Shown piece after piece: positions 30,325-32,000 of a DNA stretch of 32,000 nt. The notes below the pieces were generated by a model. It did not search any database. It had not been told where the DNA came from and was given only the letters and a program-made list of their open reading frames with translations. Numbering within the stretch: the first letter of the stretch is position 1; the number at the start of each line of letters is the position of its first letter. Source of the stretch: Megasphaera elsdenii DSM 20460 (GTDB taxonomy: Bacteria > Bacillota > Negativicutes > Veillonellales > Megasphaeraceae); the NCBI RefSeq assembly GCF_003010495.1, contig NZ_CP027570.1:810001-842000 (forward strand). Reading direction: 5' to 3'. Made by a program: the position numbers and the translations under genes.

Positions 30325-31704
30325 CTATTTTTCATTGCCCTTCTCCGCTTTTTCATCGCTATCCGGGATTTCCTTGCGGGTCACTAAAATCTTATCGACC
30401 CGCAGGTTATCCATATCCATGACTTCAAAAGTGAAATTTTCCCATTCATACGTATCGGTTTCCCGCGGGATGCGGCCTACGCCATACGTCATGAGGCCGC
30501 CGAGGGTCTTATAGAGGTCCTCGTCTTCTTCGGGCAGGTCCTCTTCGATGTCGAAGAAGTCCTTGAACTCTTCAATGGTCAGCAGGCCTTCCATGAGCCA
30601 TTCATTGGGACCGCGCTGGATGATGCGGTTCGCTTCTTCTTTCTTTTCTTCTTCACCGGCCGGCATGATGCCTACTAATTCTTCCAGGATATCGTGCAGC
30701 GTCAGGATGCCGCTGAAATTGCCGTATTCATCGAGAACGGCGACTTCATGGACACTGTGTTCGCGAAAGACGTGGACGACCTTCATGATGTCCATGGATT
30801 CGGGAATATAAATCGGCTTGTGGACGCTCTCTTCAACGATAGCTGTCAAAGAAACGTCCTTTTCCTTGCGGACAGCTGCATAGTATTTCTGAAAGATTTC
30901 GCTGACGGAAATCATGCCGATGAAATCATCCAGGGAACCCCGGCCTACGGGCAGGGTATTGTGATTGAAGGCCACCAGTTCCTGCATCATCGTCTCTTCC
31001 GGGTCCTCGACGTCAATCCAATCGACCTGGGTCCGGTTGGTCATGATATCGCCGACGTCCATATCGGCCAGGCGGAAGACGCGGTCTACCAGTTCCGGCT
31101 CTTCTTTTTCAAAGGCCCCCAGTTCGACGCCCTGTTCCAGGAGCAGCTTGATTTCATCTTCTGTGACGGGCAGGACTTCTGGCTTGTTGACGCCCATGAT
31201 TTTCGTGACCACTGCCGTCGACCAGGACAGGATCCAGACGACCGGTGTACAGAGGACGGAAAAATAGAGCATCGGCCGGGCCAGGAGACAGGCGATTTTT
31301 TCCGGTTTGTCGATGGCAATGCGCTTGGGTACGATTTCACCGAGGATGATCGTCAAATAGGTGATGAAGGCGACGATGCCCGTCAGGCTGATCGTATAGG
31401 CATAATTTTCCAGGCCGGGGATCTTGGCGACGTATTTCGACAAGGGCCCGGCCATTTCCGTGCCCCCGTAGACACCGGTGAGCAGGCTGACCAGGGTAAT
31501 GCCGAACTGGACCATGGAAAACATCTTATTCGGATTTTCACGCAGTTTCAGGACGATGGCCGCCGATTTGCTGCCTTCATCGGCCAGGGCTTCCAGCCGC
31601 GACTGATGGCAGCTGACGATGGCCATTTCCAACAGCGAAAAGATGCCATTGCCAAAAATCAGCAAAATGATGACGATAAATTGTTTCCCTAGGGAAAACT
31701 CCAC
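30325..31704 (-). CDS. Hemolysin-family/CNNM protein (DUF21 TM domain + CBS pair + CorC_HlyC domain)
   Basis: 459 aa. N-terminal DUF21 (LLIFGNGIFSLLEMAIVS), GEIVPKRIA, a CBS pair (DIMTNRTQVDWIDV..., HEVAVLDEYGNFSGILTLHDILEELVG) and the C-terminal transporter-associated domain (EWLMEGLLTIEEF...). GTG start. Confidence 0.9.
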   Translation of the reverse strand: MEFSLGKQFIVIILLIFGNGIFSLLEMAIVSCHQSRLEALADEGSKSAAIVLKLRENPNKMFSMVQFGITLVSLLTGVYGGTEMAGPLSKYVAKIPGLENYAYTISLTGIVAFITYLTIILGEIVPKRIAIDKPEKIACLLARPMLYFSVLCTPVVWILSWSTAVVTKIMGVNKPEVLPVTEDEIKLLLEQGVELGAFEKEEPELVDRVFRLADMDVGDIMTNRTQVDWIDVEDPEETMMQELVAFNHNTLPVGRGSLDDFIGMISVSEIFQKYYAAVRKEKDVSLTAIVEESVHKPIYIPESMDIMKVVHVFREHSVHEVAVLDEYGNFSGILTLHDILEELVGIMPAGEEEKKEEANRIIQRGPNEWLMEGLLTIEEFKDFFDIEEDLPEEDEDLYKTLGGLMTYGVGRIPRETDTYEWENFTFEVMDMDNLRVDKILVTRKEIPDSDEKAEKGNEK

Positions 31705-31730
31705 AATAGATACACCCTCCTTTTACCTCG

Positions 31731-32000
31731 CTACCACCAAGGACCGACGCCGATGCCGATGCCACCGTGGTGGTGCCAGCCGCCGCCCCAGCCAATGCCG
31801 ATGCCGACGCCGACACCGGGTCCACTGTGGGACGATTCACTCCCATGACGGTCGGCTTCGTCGACGATGGTAAGGGTCTTGGTCACAGTCCGTACAGTAT
31901 CACCGATCTTCACGTCGATGACCAGGTCGGTCTTGCCGGCCTGCAGCGGATGGATATTCATTTTTTCCGTAATATCGGCGATTTTGGTATTCAAACTCGT
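31731..32000 (-). CDS. Partial CDS (5' end outside window): Ig-like (Big_2-like) domain followed by a Gly/Trp/His-rich C-terminal tail
   Basis: The frame is open to the window edge (..TSLNTKIADITEKMNIHPLQAGKTDLVIDVKIGDTVRTVTKTLTIVDE..), which resembles Big_2 repeats. It ends GPGVGVGIGIGWGGGWHHHGGIGIGVGPWW*. Confidence 0.55.
   Translation of the reverse strand, partial: TSLNTKIADITEKMNIHPLQAGKTDLVIDVKIGDTVRTVTKTLTIVDEADRHGSESSHSGPGVGVGIGIGWGGGWHHHGGIGIGVGPWW

Noticed and set aside
30694-31692. 332-aa plus-strand ORF opposite the CNNM/CorC gene
   Set aside because: The antisense strand carries clear DUF21-CBS-CorC motifs. The plus-strand ORF has no RBS and a low-complexity Asp/Gly/Phe-rich sequence.

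Overview
Chromosomal window, mostly minus-strand genes, that looks like a diderm Firmicute (Negativicutes, possibly Megasphaera-like; this is inference). The Bacillus-type synteny SRP RNA-dnaX-ybaB-recR-bofA sits next to outer-membrane genes (OmpA-family porin, OmpH/Skp, AsmA-like protein). Other content: a partial PPK2; an envelope operon (7TM/zinc-ribbon protein plus AsmA-like protein); a DUF2156 + Eis-like GNAT pair; Mpg glycosylase; an IclR regulator; an orphan HlyD-type lipoprotein; a RocB-like M20 hydrolase; GtrA; MarR; a GntP permease; an HD hydrolase; an SfsA-DUF123 fusion nuclease; dapF; AraC; an oxidative TCA branch (aconitase, citrate synthase, isocitrate dehydrogenase) with a GpsA-like paralog; acetolactate decarboxylase; and a CNNM/CorC protein. 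No CRISPR array, tRNA, rRNA or transposase was seen. Three signals are not explained by the ORF track: (1) a composite intergenic repeat at five loci, made of a terminator hairpin, GTGGYTA heptamer arrays and GTAG-headed GC-rich hairpins (REP/BIME-like); (2) a 21-codon hydrophobic ORF behind a perfect TTGACA-17-TATAAT promoter, facing a convergent promoter (type I toxin-antitoxin-like); (3) an A10 run in dnaX that reproduces the E. coli A-AAA-AAG-AGU frameshift signal with an immediate -1 frame stop.
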